From an uncultured Gammaproteobacteria bacterium (lineage in GTDB: Bacteria > Patescibacteriota > Microgenomatia > Levybacterales > GWA1-39-11), in contig CAYRKM010000001.1 in assembly GCA_964425075.1 (NCBI GenBank), positions 395,060 through 459,059 on the forward strand: 64,000 bases of DNA, given 5' to 3'. A program made the translations under genes and the position numbers. Positions 10,701-18,824 of this stretch are shown piece by piece. The notes beneath the pieces were generated by a model, which was not told the DNA's origin, ran no database searches, and saw nothing but the letters and a program-made list of their open reading frames with translations. Every line of letters begins with the position of its first letter. Within the stretch, counting starts at the first letter, position 1.

Positions 10701-11067
10701 CTGCTTTTTCGGGAGTTGTGGACGCACTGAATTGGGCAATTATTGTCGATACCGATTCATTGGAAATAGAATTAAGTGTTGAGAGTCCCTTCGTTCCTTT
10801 AATTGCATCTTCAAGTGGATTTGTTATCAGATCTTCAACATCTTTCGGGCTTGCTCCGGGAAGAACAGTTGTAACAGAAACAATTGGTAATTTTACTTCA
10901 GGATTGAGTCTTCTTGGCAAAGTAATAAAACTTGTGATACCTGCAACAACAATGATAAGTATGAGCAAAATAACAATTCTTATATTTGTTAAGAATTTTG
11001 CTTTAAATGTACTAAGAAGTTGAGGATCAAACTTTAGACGTGATAAATAGGAATTTTCGGATTTCAT
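7747..11067 (-). CDS. RND-family efflux transporter permease (AcrB/HAE1-like)
   Basis: 1106 aa with 12 TM helices. Conserved LALGLLVDDTIVVV motif and two large periplasmic loops. Confidence 0.8.
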   Translation of the reverse strand: MKSENSYLSRLKFDPQLLSTFKAKFLTNIRIVILLILIIVVAGITSFITLPRRLNPEVKLPIVSVTTVLPGASPKDVEDLITNPLEDAIKGTKGLSTLNSISNESVSTIIAQFSASTTPEKAEADMKSAVDSVNTLPNEAKDPFVKRFDFEDQPVWVFSIRGEDPASLLRFSRILKEKLEDDSIVDRVTISGLEEQEIQILADPEKVANNNINPIVLSQKINSLLNSYPAGNITTSDLSFPLGVNSSISSIENLRNTTLVVNDNQVKLSDIANVFETVKPGIQESFIANENTKPSKVATFYVYKNSTATIDNAVKKMRLIAENAVKPYHEHFEILTITDSSKLIDEEFGNLTESFRDTLILVFITFLIFLGIRQALIAVLTIPLTFLVTFTVINAAGLSLNFLTLFSLLLALGLLVDDTIVVVTGMTSYFRTRKFTPEQTGLLVWRDLIVPIWSTTITTAWAFLPLLIATGIIGEFIKTIPIVVATTLYASTAIAVLITIPLMIVILKLQVPRRVVILLKLIGALLCVYLLLTLFRENPFFPLILILFLILGFIAIRIRSTLSEKINNLVGKNLIATGKSYAGRFNERLIDIEHIAVYYKRLILRILNSKSARKKVIGIVIIFSVFAYLLVPFGFVTNEFFPKSEGDQLYVNLELPSGTNTDTATTNGLRLQEFLRKTPGIEYVTSEIGRGIDAGSQDFKSGSNLVLYTMALPEKNKRKIDSLKIAENLREKIKTIKVDGKITIIEQSGGPPAGAEVQVQLLGDDLTKLDQYADKIVGFLSKQAGIINVTKSINPGTSKLTFVPDHSKITKENVSYETLGLWMRTFTTGFTVKSVKFDQKESQDITFRMNTDTQSPEDLGRLAIPTTNNTYVPLLSLGDLVLETNPTSITHLDTKRTISVSSGVSVGYSVSEANSKLLKYVDGLNLPEGYSYQTGGANEENQKSVASILQAMMLAGILILATMVVQFRSYRKAVIVMLIIPVAVAGVLVVFALTGTPLSFPALIGILSLFGIVVTHAMFLVDKFNRNLSAHMPFKEAIADGAASRLEPVFLGSFTTIVGLIPISLSNPLWRGLGGAIIAGLSFSGIIMLFFIPVVFYIVYHKDYKN

Positions 11068-11082
11068 CTGATTGTGTAAGGA

Positions 11083-12576
11083 TTAGTTAACTTTGCGCAC
11101 TGTGTCTCCGCTGATAACTGTTCTTGAAAGAATGATCTGGTTTCCATTTGCAAGTCCCCGTTCAATCTGCGCATATTGTCCGACTATTTGACCAAGAATG
11201 ACTTTTTTGGCAGATGCTTTTCCATTTTCAATTACAAAAACATACGACCCGGTGTTACTTTGGTAAATTGCATCAAGCGGTATGAAGGGAACAGCGGTTG
11301 AGGTCGAGGCATATCCAACTGGAAGCTCAACTGTCACATATTCGTTGTCCGAAACGTCATTTTGGTAAGTATCCGGAATATCAAATATTACAGAATAGAG
11401 TGATCCGTCTGTTGCCTCAGTTGAAATATACAGGGGAGCGGCAGAATATGATTTTCCATTGATATCAATTTCGGACGCATCAATGCTTGATAATTTTTGA
11501 GCAATTTCACGGGGGACTTTAACAACCGCTTTTAATTTTTGTGCTCCATGAATAACTGCAATTGGGGTTCCGGGGTTGACCGACTCGCCGGGATTTACAA
11601 ATATCCGCTCAACTACTCCCGCAAAGGGTGCAGCAGGATACATCGTTGCTTCTTGAATTTGTGCAAGTTTTAATTGCAAGGAGCTTACTTCAAGAGACAA
11701 GGAAAGCGCCTTTTCCTGAATATCTAATTGTTTTTGTGCAACTTCACGTCCAAGATCTGAAAGCTGTGCCGGCGGTTTGTCTCCTGCTGCTTGATATTCT
11801 GATGCCCTTTGTGCTGTCTGAAGCTGGTTGACAGCCGATTGGTATTGGGAAATGATCTGCTTGGTTTGTAAAATTTGCGTGTCATTTTGACCGTTTTGAT
11901 TGTTTGCTTCTAATGCATTTAGCGTTGAATTGAGGCTTCCAACGATTTCTTGGTTGAGGCTTAAAAGGGATTTGGTATCTTCAGTAGACTTAGAAGTAAT
12001 ATCCCTCAATTGATCTGCATTTGCATCAGATCTATCTGCCAAATCTCTTTGTTTTTTAATAAGGTCTTTTTGCAGGTCATATGTTGTTTTTGCGTTTTGA
12101 TAGGTGGAAGAAGCAATTTCCCGTTGAACGCCGGGAGCATTACCACCCTGATAATTTGTCGCGAGAGAAACAATTACGTATCCTTTGCCAACTTCTTGCC
12201 CTTCAACCGCATTTACACTTGCAACAATTCCCGGTGTTTGGGCAACTATTTTTATAATTCCACTTTTTTCAATTTGTGCTTGAACCTTTAGGGTGGGGGC
12301 CGAACCAATTGAATAAACCTTTACGTCTTTTACCAGTGGGGGAAGAGCTTTTTCGGCTTTTGGCTTTCTTATAATTGAACCGGCGATGATAAGTATTAGC
12401 AAAGCTCCAAGAATTGCAAGAAAGGCAGTCATTGGTTTTTTATCAACAAGGCGAATGCTCTTTCGAATATTTTTGCGGAATTTCAATTCTATATTTTTAA
12501 ATATATATTTGCCTAAAATTCTTCCTTTTTTTAATGTTTTTTGTAGTTTTGATGTTTTTTTGTATCGCTTCGTCAT
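11083..12576 (-). CDS. Efflux periplasmic adaptor (membrane fusion protein, HlyD-like)
   Basis: N-terminal TM anchor, long coiled-coil segment and C-terminal beta-barrel-like region. Lies immediately upstream of the RND gene on the same strand. Confidence 0.7.
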   Translation of the reverse strand: MTKRYKKTSKLQKTLKKGRILGKYIFKNIELKFRKNIRKSIRLVDKKPMTAFLAILGALLILIIAGSIIRKPKAEKALPPLVKDVKVYSIGSAPTLKVQAQIEKSGIIKIVAQTPGIVASVNAVEGQEVGKGYVIVSLATNYQGGNAPGVQREIASSTYQNAKTTYDLQKDLIKKQRDLADRSDANADQLRDITSKSTEDTKSLLSLNQEIVGSLNSTLNALEANNQNGQNDTQILQTKQIISQYQSAVNQLQTAQRASEYQAAGDKPPAQLSDLGREVAQKQLDIQEKALSLSLEVSSLQLKLAQIQEATMYPAAPFAGVVERIFVNPGESVNPGTPIAVIHGAQKLKAVVKVPREIAQKLSSIDASEIDINGKSYSAAPLYISTEATDGSLYSVIFDIPDTYQNDVSDNEYVTVELPVGYASTSTAVPFIPLDAIYQSNTGSYVFVIENGKASAKKVILGQIVGQYAQIERGLANGNQIILSRTVISGDTVRKVN

Positions 12577-12722
12577 AGAATGATGTAGATTGTACTATTT
12601 TTGTCGCATACAATCAACTAATTTTCAGGCGAAAAGCACTATTAAATACTGGAGAAATATTTTTTGCAATAGGATGAGTGAAACCTTGTGTTAGGTGACA
12701 GGATCTTGAGTTTCACAGATTC

Positions 12723-13934
12723 TCATTCATATCTTAATGCGTCAATTGGAGAAAGTTGCGCAGCTCTTCTTGCAGGATATAGACCAAAAACAATACCCAC
12801 GAGCGTTGATACTCCCACAGCAATTATTATTGCAGGAATGCTTACTACAAAGGGAATTCCAGCGACTAGAGATACAGCGTATGCTCCAGAAATACCCAAA
12901 ATTATTCCAATAAGTCCTCCAATAAGCGTCATCACTACGGCTTCTACTAAGAATTGAGTTAAGATATCTTTTTGTTTGGCGCCAATTGCTTTTAGTAAAC
13001 CAATTTCCTTAGTCCTTTCAGTAACAGATACAAGCATTATATTCATAACACCAACACCGCCTACAACTAAAGAAATTCCTGAGATGCCGGCTATCATGGC
13101 AGTCAGCAGTCCAGTTATGGTTTGTACAGTTGTTAGAATGTCTTGTGCGCTTGAGATTCGAAAATCATTTTCGTCTCCTTCCCCTAATTCATGTCTGTCT
13201 CGAAGGAGTGCTTCTACATCATTAATTGTTTGATTTATGGCATTTTCATCATAAACACTAATATCAATTTCCTGAAGTTTTTCTTCTCCAAGAATTTGTT
13301 TTGTAACAATATTTATTGGTATAAAAATGGAATTGTTAATAAATCCTCCAGCAAGAGCACTTGATGAATCGATAACTCCAGTCACTCTAAAAGTTCTATT
13401 ATTTATGCGAATCGTTTCCCCAACCGCCTGAGAATTTTCACCAAAAAAAGTTTTAACAACATCAGATCCTATTACTGCAATTCTTTCTCCCGCCACTTCT
13501 TGCTCAGCAGTAATAAATTCTCCTTCAATTACATCAGGGCGTAGGATTTCAAGCGCTTCAGGTGTTGAGCCATATATCAACAGATCATCAGTTTCACCAT
13601 TTGCAGTAACTTTTGATGAAGCCATGGCAAATGGGGCTACGCTTTTTATATTGGTTAAAGAGGAGTCATTTTCTATAGCCTTAAGATCATCAAATGTTAA
13701 TGCTGTTGACCCTGCGAAAGTACTAATTTGACTACTCCCTGGGTTGATTTGAAAATAATCTGTTCCAAACGAAGAAAGCTCATTTGTTATAAACGCGACA
13801 GCTCCTTGTCCAATTGAGTAAATAAGAATTACTGACGTAATACCGATGATAATTCCTATCATCGTAAGAGAAGTTCTTAGAACATTGTTTCTTAAAGCCT
13901 GTATTGCGCTTTTGAAAATTTCTTTATATTGCAT
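12723..13934 (-). CDS. ABC transporter permease, FtsX/MacB-type
   Basis: N-terminal TM, large periplasmic domain and C-terminal 3-TM FtsX-like bundle. Confidence 0.8.
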   Translation of the reverse strand: MQYKEIFKSAIQALRNNVLRTSLTMIGIIIGITSVILIYSIGQGAVAFITNELSSFGTDYFQINPGSSQISTFAGSTALTFDDLKAIENDSSLTNIKSVAPFAMASSKVTANGETDDLLIYGSTPEALEILRPDVIEGEFITAEQEVAGERIAVIGSDVVKTFFGENSQAVGETIRINNRTFRVTGVIDSSSALAGGFINNSIFIPINIVTKQILGEEKLQEIDISVYDENAINQTINDVEALLRDRHELGEGDENDFRISSAQDILTTVQTITGLLTAMIAGISGISLVVGGVGVMNIMLVSVTERTKEIGLLKAIGAKQKDILTQFLVEAVVMTLIGGLIGIILGISGAYAVSLVAGIPFVVSIPAIIIAVGVSTLVGIVFGLYPARRAAQLSPIDALRYE

Positions 13935-13974
13935 ACGATCAGTTATTAGTTGTTAGGAATAGTTATTAGTTTGA

Positions 13975-14667
13975 TCATTTCTTTTTATCAAGGACAACTT
14001 TTCCATCCACAAGCCTTATTACCCTTTTGGCATATGAGGCAATATCTTCTTCGTGTGTAATAAGTATGATAGTTCTTCCATCTTTATTAATCCCTTTAAG
14101 GAATTTCATGATTTCATGAGAAGTTTTGCTGTCTAAATTTCCAGTTGGTTCGTCTGCAAGTATTATTGAAGGATTCATGACAAGAGCCCTGGCAATTGCT
14201 ACTCTTTGGATTTGTCCTCCAGAAATGTGATTTGATAAGTTGTTTGCCTTCTCCTCAATCCCTACTAGTTTTAAAGCATCCATTGCTCGCATGTGTCGCT
14301 CTTCCGATTCAACTCCTGCATACATCATGGGTCTTTCTACATTTTTTAGAACCGTGGTTCTTGGAAGTAAATTAAAGGCTTGAAATACGAACCCAATTTC
14401 TCGATTGCGTATTTCTGCAAGTTGGTCCTCAGTGTAGCTTGAGATGTTCTTGCCTCTTAGTAAATACTTTCCTCCTGATGGTGTATCAAGCGCACCCAAT
14501 ATATGCATAAGTGTTGATTTTCCACTTCCTGAGGGGCCCATGATAGCAACGAAATCACCCTCATCTATAGTTAGAGTAATACCATTTAATGCATTGTAGT
14601 ATTCACCTTCTGCTAGGGGGTATTTTTTTGTTATGTCGGTAAGTTTGATGAGGGCATTTTTAGACAT
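13975..14667 (-). CDS. ABC transporter ATP-binding protein (MacB/LolD-type)
   Basis: Walker A GPSGSGKST, signature LSGGQIQRVAIARAL, Walker B ILADEPTGNLD. Confidence 0.9.
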   Translation of the reverse strand: MSKNALIKLTDITKKYPLAEGEYYNALNGITLTIDEGDFVAIMGPSGSGKSTLMHILGALDTPSGGKYLLRGKNISSYTEDQLAEIRNREIGFVFQAFNLLPRTTVLKNVERPMMYAGVESEERHMRAMDALKLVGIEEKANNLSNHISGGQIQRVAIARALVMNPSIILADEPTGNLDSKTSHEIMKFLKGINKDGRTIILITHEEDIASYAKRVIRLVDGKVVLDKKK

Positions 14668-14669
14668 TA

Positions 14670-15935
14670 TTAATTTCCAAATAATCCAGGACGCTTTAAC
14701 TGCTCATTAGATAAAGTTGTAATAATTTCTTGTCCCTCTGTCAGTCCTTTCAATATTTCAGTTCTATCTTCTCCTCGGACTCCTGTAATCACGGGTACAT
14801 ATTTTATTCCATCTTTAGATTTTTTATCAGGCACTCTTACCGCCTTTCCTCCCTGGTATGGTTTGATTGCTGAATTTGGAACACTTAGTACATTTTTTAC
14901 TTCTTTTGTAATTATCCTTGCGTCTGCATTCATGCCTGAACGTAGTGCCCCATCGGTATTTTGAATATTTAAATATACGTTGTAACTAATAACTCCTCCA
15001 TTGTCTGTTCCAATTTCATCAACTCGACTAACTTCTGCCCTATATTTTTTATTTAGGACCGCACTTACATCAACTTCTGCTTTTTGTCCGGGTTTTATTT
15101 TTGCAATATCAGTTTCACTAAGTGCAATTACTATTTCACTAGCAAGTTCGCCATTAGAAATTAGAAGTACTGGAGATAGGGTTGTAGTGATTGATGCAGC
15201 AGTGGCTTTTACTGGACTACCTTCCCTAATTGATAGATTTGATATTTTTCCTGCAACAGGGGATTTTACAATTGCGTTTTGTGTTGCTTGATACAAAAGC
15301 CAAGTGGAAGAGACTTGGGCTTGTCCTTGTGCAATTGCGGTTACTTGATCTTTATATTTCTTTTCAGCTGCTAACCATTGGTCTTTGGCAATCTGAAATT
15401 CTGCTGCCGTTCTGTTTTGTTCATTTGGGGTGTCATCTCCATTTTCATATGTGCCATTTGTTGCAAGATTTCTAAAAGTATCCCATTCATCATACATTGT
15501 AGCTCTTAACGTATTAGCGCTTGACTGGGCTGCATTAAGTGTTGCTTGGGCTGCAAGATAATTTGCATATGCCGCATTGGCTTGTTGTTCAGTTGCTGAG
15601 CTTTGTACGACAAAAAGTTCCTGACCCTCAACAACGGAGTCTCCATTTGATATATATGATTCTGTAACAACACCATTGGTTGGAGAATATACTTCTGTGG
15701 TGCCGCTTGCCACAATATTTCCAGTTTCAGTAACTTCTTCTGTGATATCCGTAATTTCTGTTTTTGCGGTTGTGTAAGGTGGCTTTTTAGTAAGATTCCC
15801 AATTATATTTGAAACAATAACCGCTCCAATAATAAGTAGGACAATAATAATTATTTTTCTCTTCAAAGATGCTTTGAGAAAATAACTCCAAGCTCTTGTT
15901 GGAATTGAAAGTAGTTTTTTAATTTTAGGTTTCAT
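14670..15935 (-). CDS. Efflux periplasmic adaptor (MacA/HlyD-like) of the ABC pump
   Basis: TM anchor followed by coiled-coil and barrel domains. Start likely at MKPKIKK (15935). First gene of a three-gene operon. Confidence 0.7.
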   Translation of the reverse strand: MKPKIKKLLSIPTRAWSYFLKASLKRKIIIIVLLIIGAVIVSNIIGNLTKKPPYTTAKTEITDITEEVTETGNIVASGTTEVYSPTNGVVTESYISNGDSVVEGQELFVVQSSATEQQANAAYANYLAAQATLNAAQSSANTLRATMYDEWDTFRNLATNGTYENGDDTPNEQNRTAAEFQIAKDQWLAAEKKYKDQVTAIAQGQAQVSSTWLLYQATQNAIVKSPVAGKISNLSIREGSPVKATAASITTTLSPVLLISNGELASEIVIALSETDIAKIKPGQKAEVDVSAVLNKKYRAEVSRVDEIGTDNGGVISYNVYLNIQNTDGALRSGMNADARIITKEVKNVLSVPNSAIKPYQGGKAVRVPDKKSKDGIKYVPVITGVRGEDRTEILKGLTEGQEIITTLSNEQLKRPGLFGN

Positions 15936-16040
15936 ATACATATGTATGATTATATTTCGTTTGGATTTATATAGCTAGTAATTATAACTCATGGTTTTCA
16001 ATAAAAAAGAGATAATAGTGCTTTTCTATTGCCTTATGCC

Positions 16041-16069
16041 TTGACAGGCGAAAATTCATTTGGTAATAT
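16041..16069 (+). promoter_or_regulatory. Sigma70-like promoter
   Basis: TTGACA(17)TAATAT. Confidence 0.45.
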
Positions 16070-16090
16070 CCACATACTTTCGAATTGCTG

Positions 16091-16120
16091 CCCCGAATAC
16101 GTTCGGGGTTTTTTATTTTT
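16091..16120 (+). terminator. Intrinsic terminator-like hairpin + U-run directly upstream of the ORF start at 16125
   Basis: ccccgaa-tacg-ttcgggg followed by ttttttattttt. Oriented for the + strand. Confidence 0.5.
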
Positions 16121-16124
16121 AAAT

Positions 16125-16931
16125 ATGGAACAGAATCAAGCATTAGCACCAAAAAAAGTAGAAGTTACTTTTACACTCCCTAGCCTTCAAGGAATAGCCA
16201 TCGACATAAAACAAAAACTTTATTTACTTCTATCCAAAGCTATAACGCTTGCATATTCTGTATACAATCCATTAAGAAAGTCCGCTCCTAGTGAATTAAA
16301 CATAAAGCATTCTTTCGGTTTTCCAAAATTCTCTTTTAGTAAATTTAATTTTAGAAATTTCAACAGAAAGAAAGCAATGAAGATTGGCTTTCCACTTTTA
16401 ATAGGAGTACTTGCGCTTGTAGGGCTTGTAAGTATTGCAAGGGGATTACCAAATGCACAAAATAACCTTAATTCTTCTAGTGATAACATTAAAGTACCAG
16501 ATGCAACTTCGACAATAGAATTAAATCGTAAATTCGCTTTTCCATTAAGAGATGATAAGGGAAAAGAGGTTGGAAAATTTGATTTTATTGTAGAGCGTGC
16601 AGAACTTCGAAAACAAATTATTGTACAGGGAAAAAGAGCAACCGCTGTTGATGGAAGAATATTCCTAGTTTTTGATCTAAAAGTAGTAAATGATTTGAAA
16701 TTTCCTATGGAGCTTCCAACAAGAAATTTCATGAGAATTATTCTTAACAACAATAATAAAGAACTTTTGGCTCCCGATATCCACAATGATCCTGTTGAGG
16801 TTCAGGCAATATCAACAAAATACACTCGACTTGGGCTTGCAATTGACGAGAGTACTTCAAAAGAAACAATAAGAGTACAGGTTGGAGAAGTTGATGGGGA
16901 CAAACAAACCATCGAACTTAATTTCAAATAA
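16125..16931 (+). CDS. Hypothetical protein with internal signal/TM segment (alternative start 16377)
   Basis: Open frame from 16125. Strongly signal-peptide-like segment MKIGFPLLIGVLALVGLVSIARG at 16377. Beta-rich extracytoplasmic domain. Confidence 0.5.
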   Translation: MEQNQALAPKKVEVTFTLPSLQGIAIDIKQKLYLLLSKAITLAYSVYNPLRKSAPSELNIKHSFGFPKFSFSKFNFRNFNRKKAMKIGFPLLIGVLALVGLVSIARGLPNAQNNLNSSSDNIKVPDATSTIELNRKFAFPLRDDKGKEVGKFDFIVERAELRKQIIVQGKRATAVDGRIFLVFDLKVVNDLKFPMELPTRNFMRIILNNNNKELLAPDIHNDPVEVQAISTKYTRLGLAIDESTSKETIRVQVGEVDGDKQTIELNFK

Positions 16932-16960
16932 AAATCATTCGTTAAAGTTTGTAAAAGCAT

Positions 16961-17230
16961 ATGACCAAACTTTCAAATACTAGTTCCTCTACTAATAAAA
17001 ACAAACGTCAAAACTTGGTTTCTGAAATAAAGGAGGCATTGAAAAGTGTTTCTTATGGAAGTATTGAAATTTTTGTACAGAACAAAGTAGTAACCCAGAT
17101 AACAGTAAGGAATATCAAAAAAACCAGTGTTGAAATAGAAGATAGTGACGAATTATCTTCACAAGAAATTCATATGTTCCAAGATGAGGCAAAAAGAATA
17201 CGAAGAACAATTGTAAAAAGGGTTTCTTAA
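16961..17230 (+). CDS. YezD/DUF2292-like small protein
   Basis: YGSIEIFVQNKVVTQITVRNIKKT resembles the YezD motif. Confidence 0.4.
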   Translation: MTKLSNTSSSTNKNKRQNLVSEIKEALKSVSYGSIEIFVQNKVVTQITVRNIKKTSVEIEDSDELSSQEIHMFQDEAKRIRRTIVKRVS

Positions 17231-17330
17231 ATTGTATTTCTGTAAGGAAATCGTAAGTTTTTCATTTAGCCCTTGACACCAATATTTCTTTAGTATATAA
17301 GTTTAGTAAATCAAGAAAGCTGGCCGCAAA

Positions 17331-17381
17331 CGGAGGCTTCTTCACACAACTATTTTTGTGTGCGGAAGTCTCCGTTTTTTT
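17331..17381 (+). terminator. Long imperfect hairpin + T7 intrinsic terminator
   Basis: cggaggcttcttcacaca ... tgtgtgcggaagtctccg forms an ~18-bp stem (1 mismatch, 2 GU), followed by ttttttt. Confidence 0.6.
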
Positions 17382-17478
17382 GTTCTTTAGGGCTACCGAG
17401 AACAAAAATAGGCGGGAGAGTATGAAGTGCTCTCTATAAACGGGAAAGCTTTTTTAACGAGAGGAGGTGAAATAATAT

Positions 17479-18729
17479 ATGACAAATTTAAATAAACAAA
17501 TTTTCTCAGTAATTGCAGCTGGAACTATGGTTCTTAACATAGCTACTCCTGCATTTGCTGGAACCACTATTGAACTTTCAGGAAATGGTACTGAATCTGA
17601 TAACAAGGCTATTGTTAACCAGAACAGTAACACAACTGTTACACAATCCAATGTAGCTGATATCAAAAATAATGTTGATATTAAATCTAACACTGGAGGT
17701 AATGATGCTAATAGCAACACCGGAGGAAACGTAAAAGTAGAAACTGGAGATGCTACTTCAAATGTTACCGTTAAAAACACCGTTAACAGCAATGCTGCTA
17801 ATGTTGATTGTTGTGATACAGGAGATACTAACGTTCTAATTAGTGGAAATGGTGAAGATTCAGATAACTTTGTTAAATTGAATCAGAACCACGACACTAC
17901 ATTAACTCAAAGAAATGAGGCTAATGTAGAAAATGATGTTGACGTAGATTCTAACACCGGAGATAACGACGCAGAAGATAATACAGGTGGAGATGTTTCT
18001 ATCGAAACTGGAGATGCTAATGCAACCGTTAAAGTTGGCACAACTGCTAACGCTAACTGGGCACGTATTGGTGGATCTTCAAACGGCGGATCTCTTACAG
18101 CTAGAATCACTGGAAACGGAGAAGACAGTGACAACAAAATCAAATTAAACAATGGTGGAGATGTCACTCTAACTCAATGGAACCTTGCTGATATCGAGAA
18201 TGACGTAGATGTTGATTCCGACACCGGATACAACGACGCAAATGACAACACCGGAGGAGATGTAATGATCGAAACTGGAGATGCTGACACTGATGTAACC
18301 GTAGATAATATGGTTAACTTCAATGCAGCAGATGTTAACTGCGGATGTCTTCTTGACGATGTACTCGCAAAGATCTCTGGAAACGGAGAAGACTCAGACA
18401 ACAAGATCATTGCTAACCTTGGTGGAGACACCACGGCTACACAAGCTAATGAACTTGATTGTGCAGGACATCACGACAGCTGTGCTGACGTTGACGTAGA
18501 CGGCGACACTGGACACAATGATGCAAACGATAATACAGGGGAAGTTGATGCTGACTCTGATCCAAGCATTGAAACCGGAGACGCTGACGCAACCGTAAAA
18601 GTAAACAACTCAGGAAACAGCAATGCTTTCGGAGTTGATATGGATGATTTGGACCTTCCAGATTTTGGAGGACTTCACTTCAGCTTTAGCTTTGACTTAG
18701 GAGATCTTCTTGATCTTTTAAACGGTTAA
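17479..18729 (+). CDS. Secreted tandem-repeat protein (4 x ~90-aa repeats), paralog family member A
   Basis: Strong SD gaggaggtg. Signal peptide ...ATPAFAG. Four repeats with SGNGEDSDN...TQ.N.A.I.NDVDVDS.TG.NDA.DNTGGDV.IETGDA and terminal CC/CxC motifs. Acidic C-terminus. Confidence 0.8.
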   Translation: MTNLNKQIFSVIAAGTMVLNIATPAFAGTTIELSGNGTESDNKAIVNQNSNTTVTQSNVADIKNNVDIKSNTGGNDANSNTGGNVKVETGDATSNVTVKNTVNSNAANVDCCDTGDTNVLISGNGEDSDNFVKLNQNHDTTLTQRNEANVENDVDVDSNTGDNDAEDNTGGDVSIETGDANATVKVGTTANANWARIGGSSNGGSLTARITGNGEDSDNKIKLNNGGDVTLTQWNLADIENDVDVDSDTGYNDANDNTGGDVMIETGDADTDVTVDNMVNFNAADVNCGCLLDDVLAKISGNGEDSDNKIIANLGGDTTATQANELDCAGHHDSCADVDVDGDTGHNDANDNTGEVDADSDPSIETGDADATVKVNNSGNSNAFGVDMDDLDLPDFGGLHFSFSFDLGDLLDLLNG

Positions 18730-18824
18730 TTGGGAATTAAGTAGGGTGCTCTAGCTAGCACTTCGGCAGGAACACCCTACGAAACCCAAAATAGAATTAA
18801 GAATTAAAAATACACAAAACATAT

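Noticed and set aside
16029-16124. ORF start at 16029 for the 16029..16931 ORF
   Set aside because: The 5' part would span a promoter-like element and a terminator hairpin. A start at 16125, or at the signal peptide at 16377, is more plausible.
17454-18434. Minus-strand ORFs 17454..17792, 17907..18167, 18174..18434 inside the first repeat-protein gene
   Set aside because: Antisense artefacts of the internally repeated coding sequence. Each mirrors one repeat unit.
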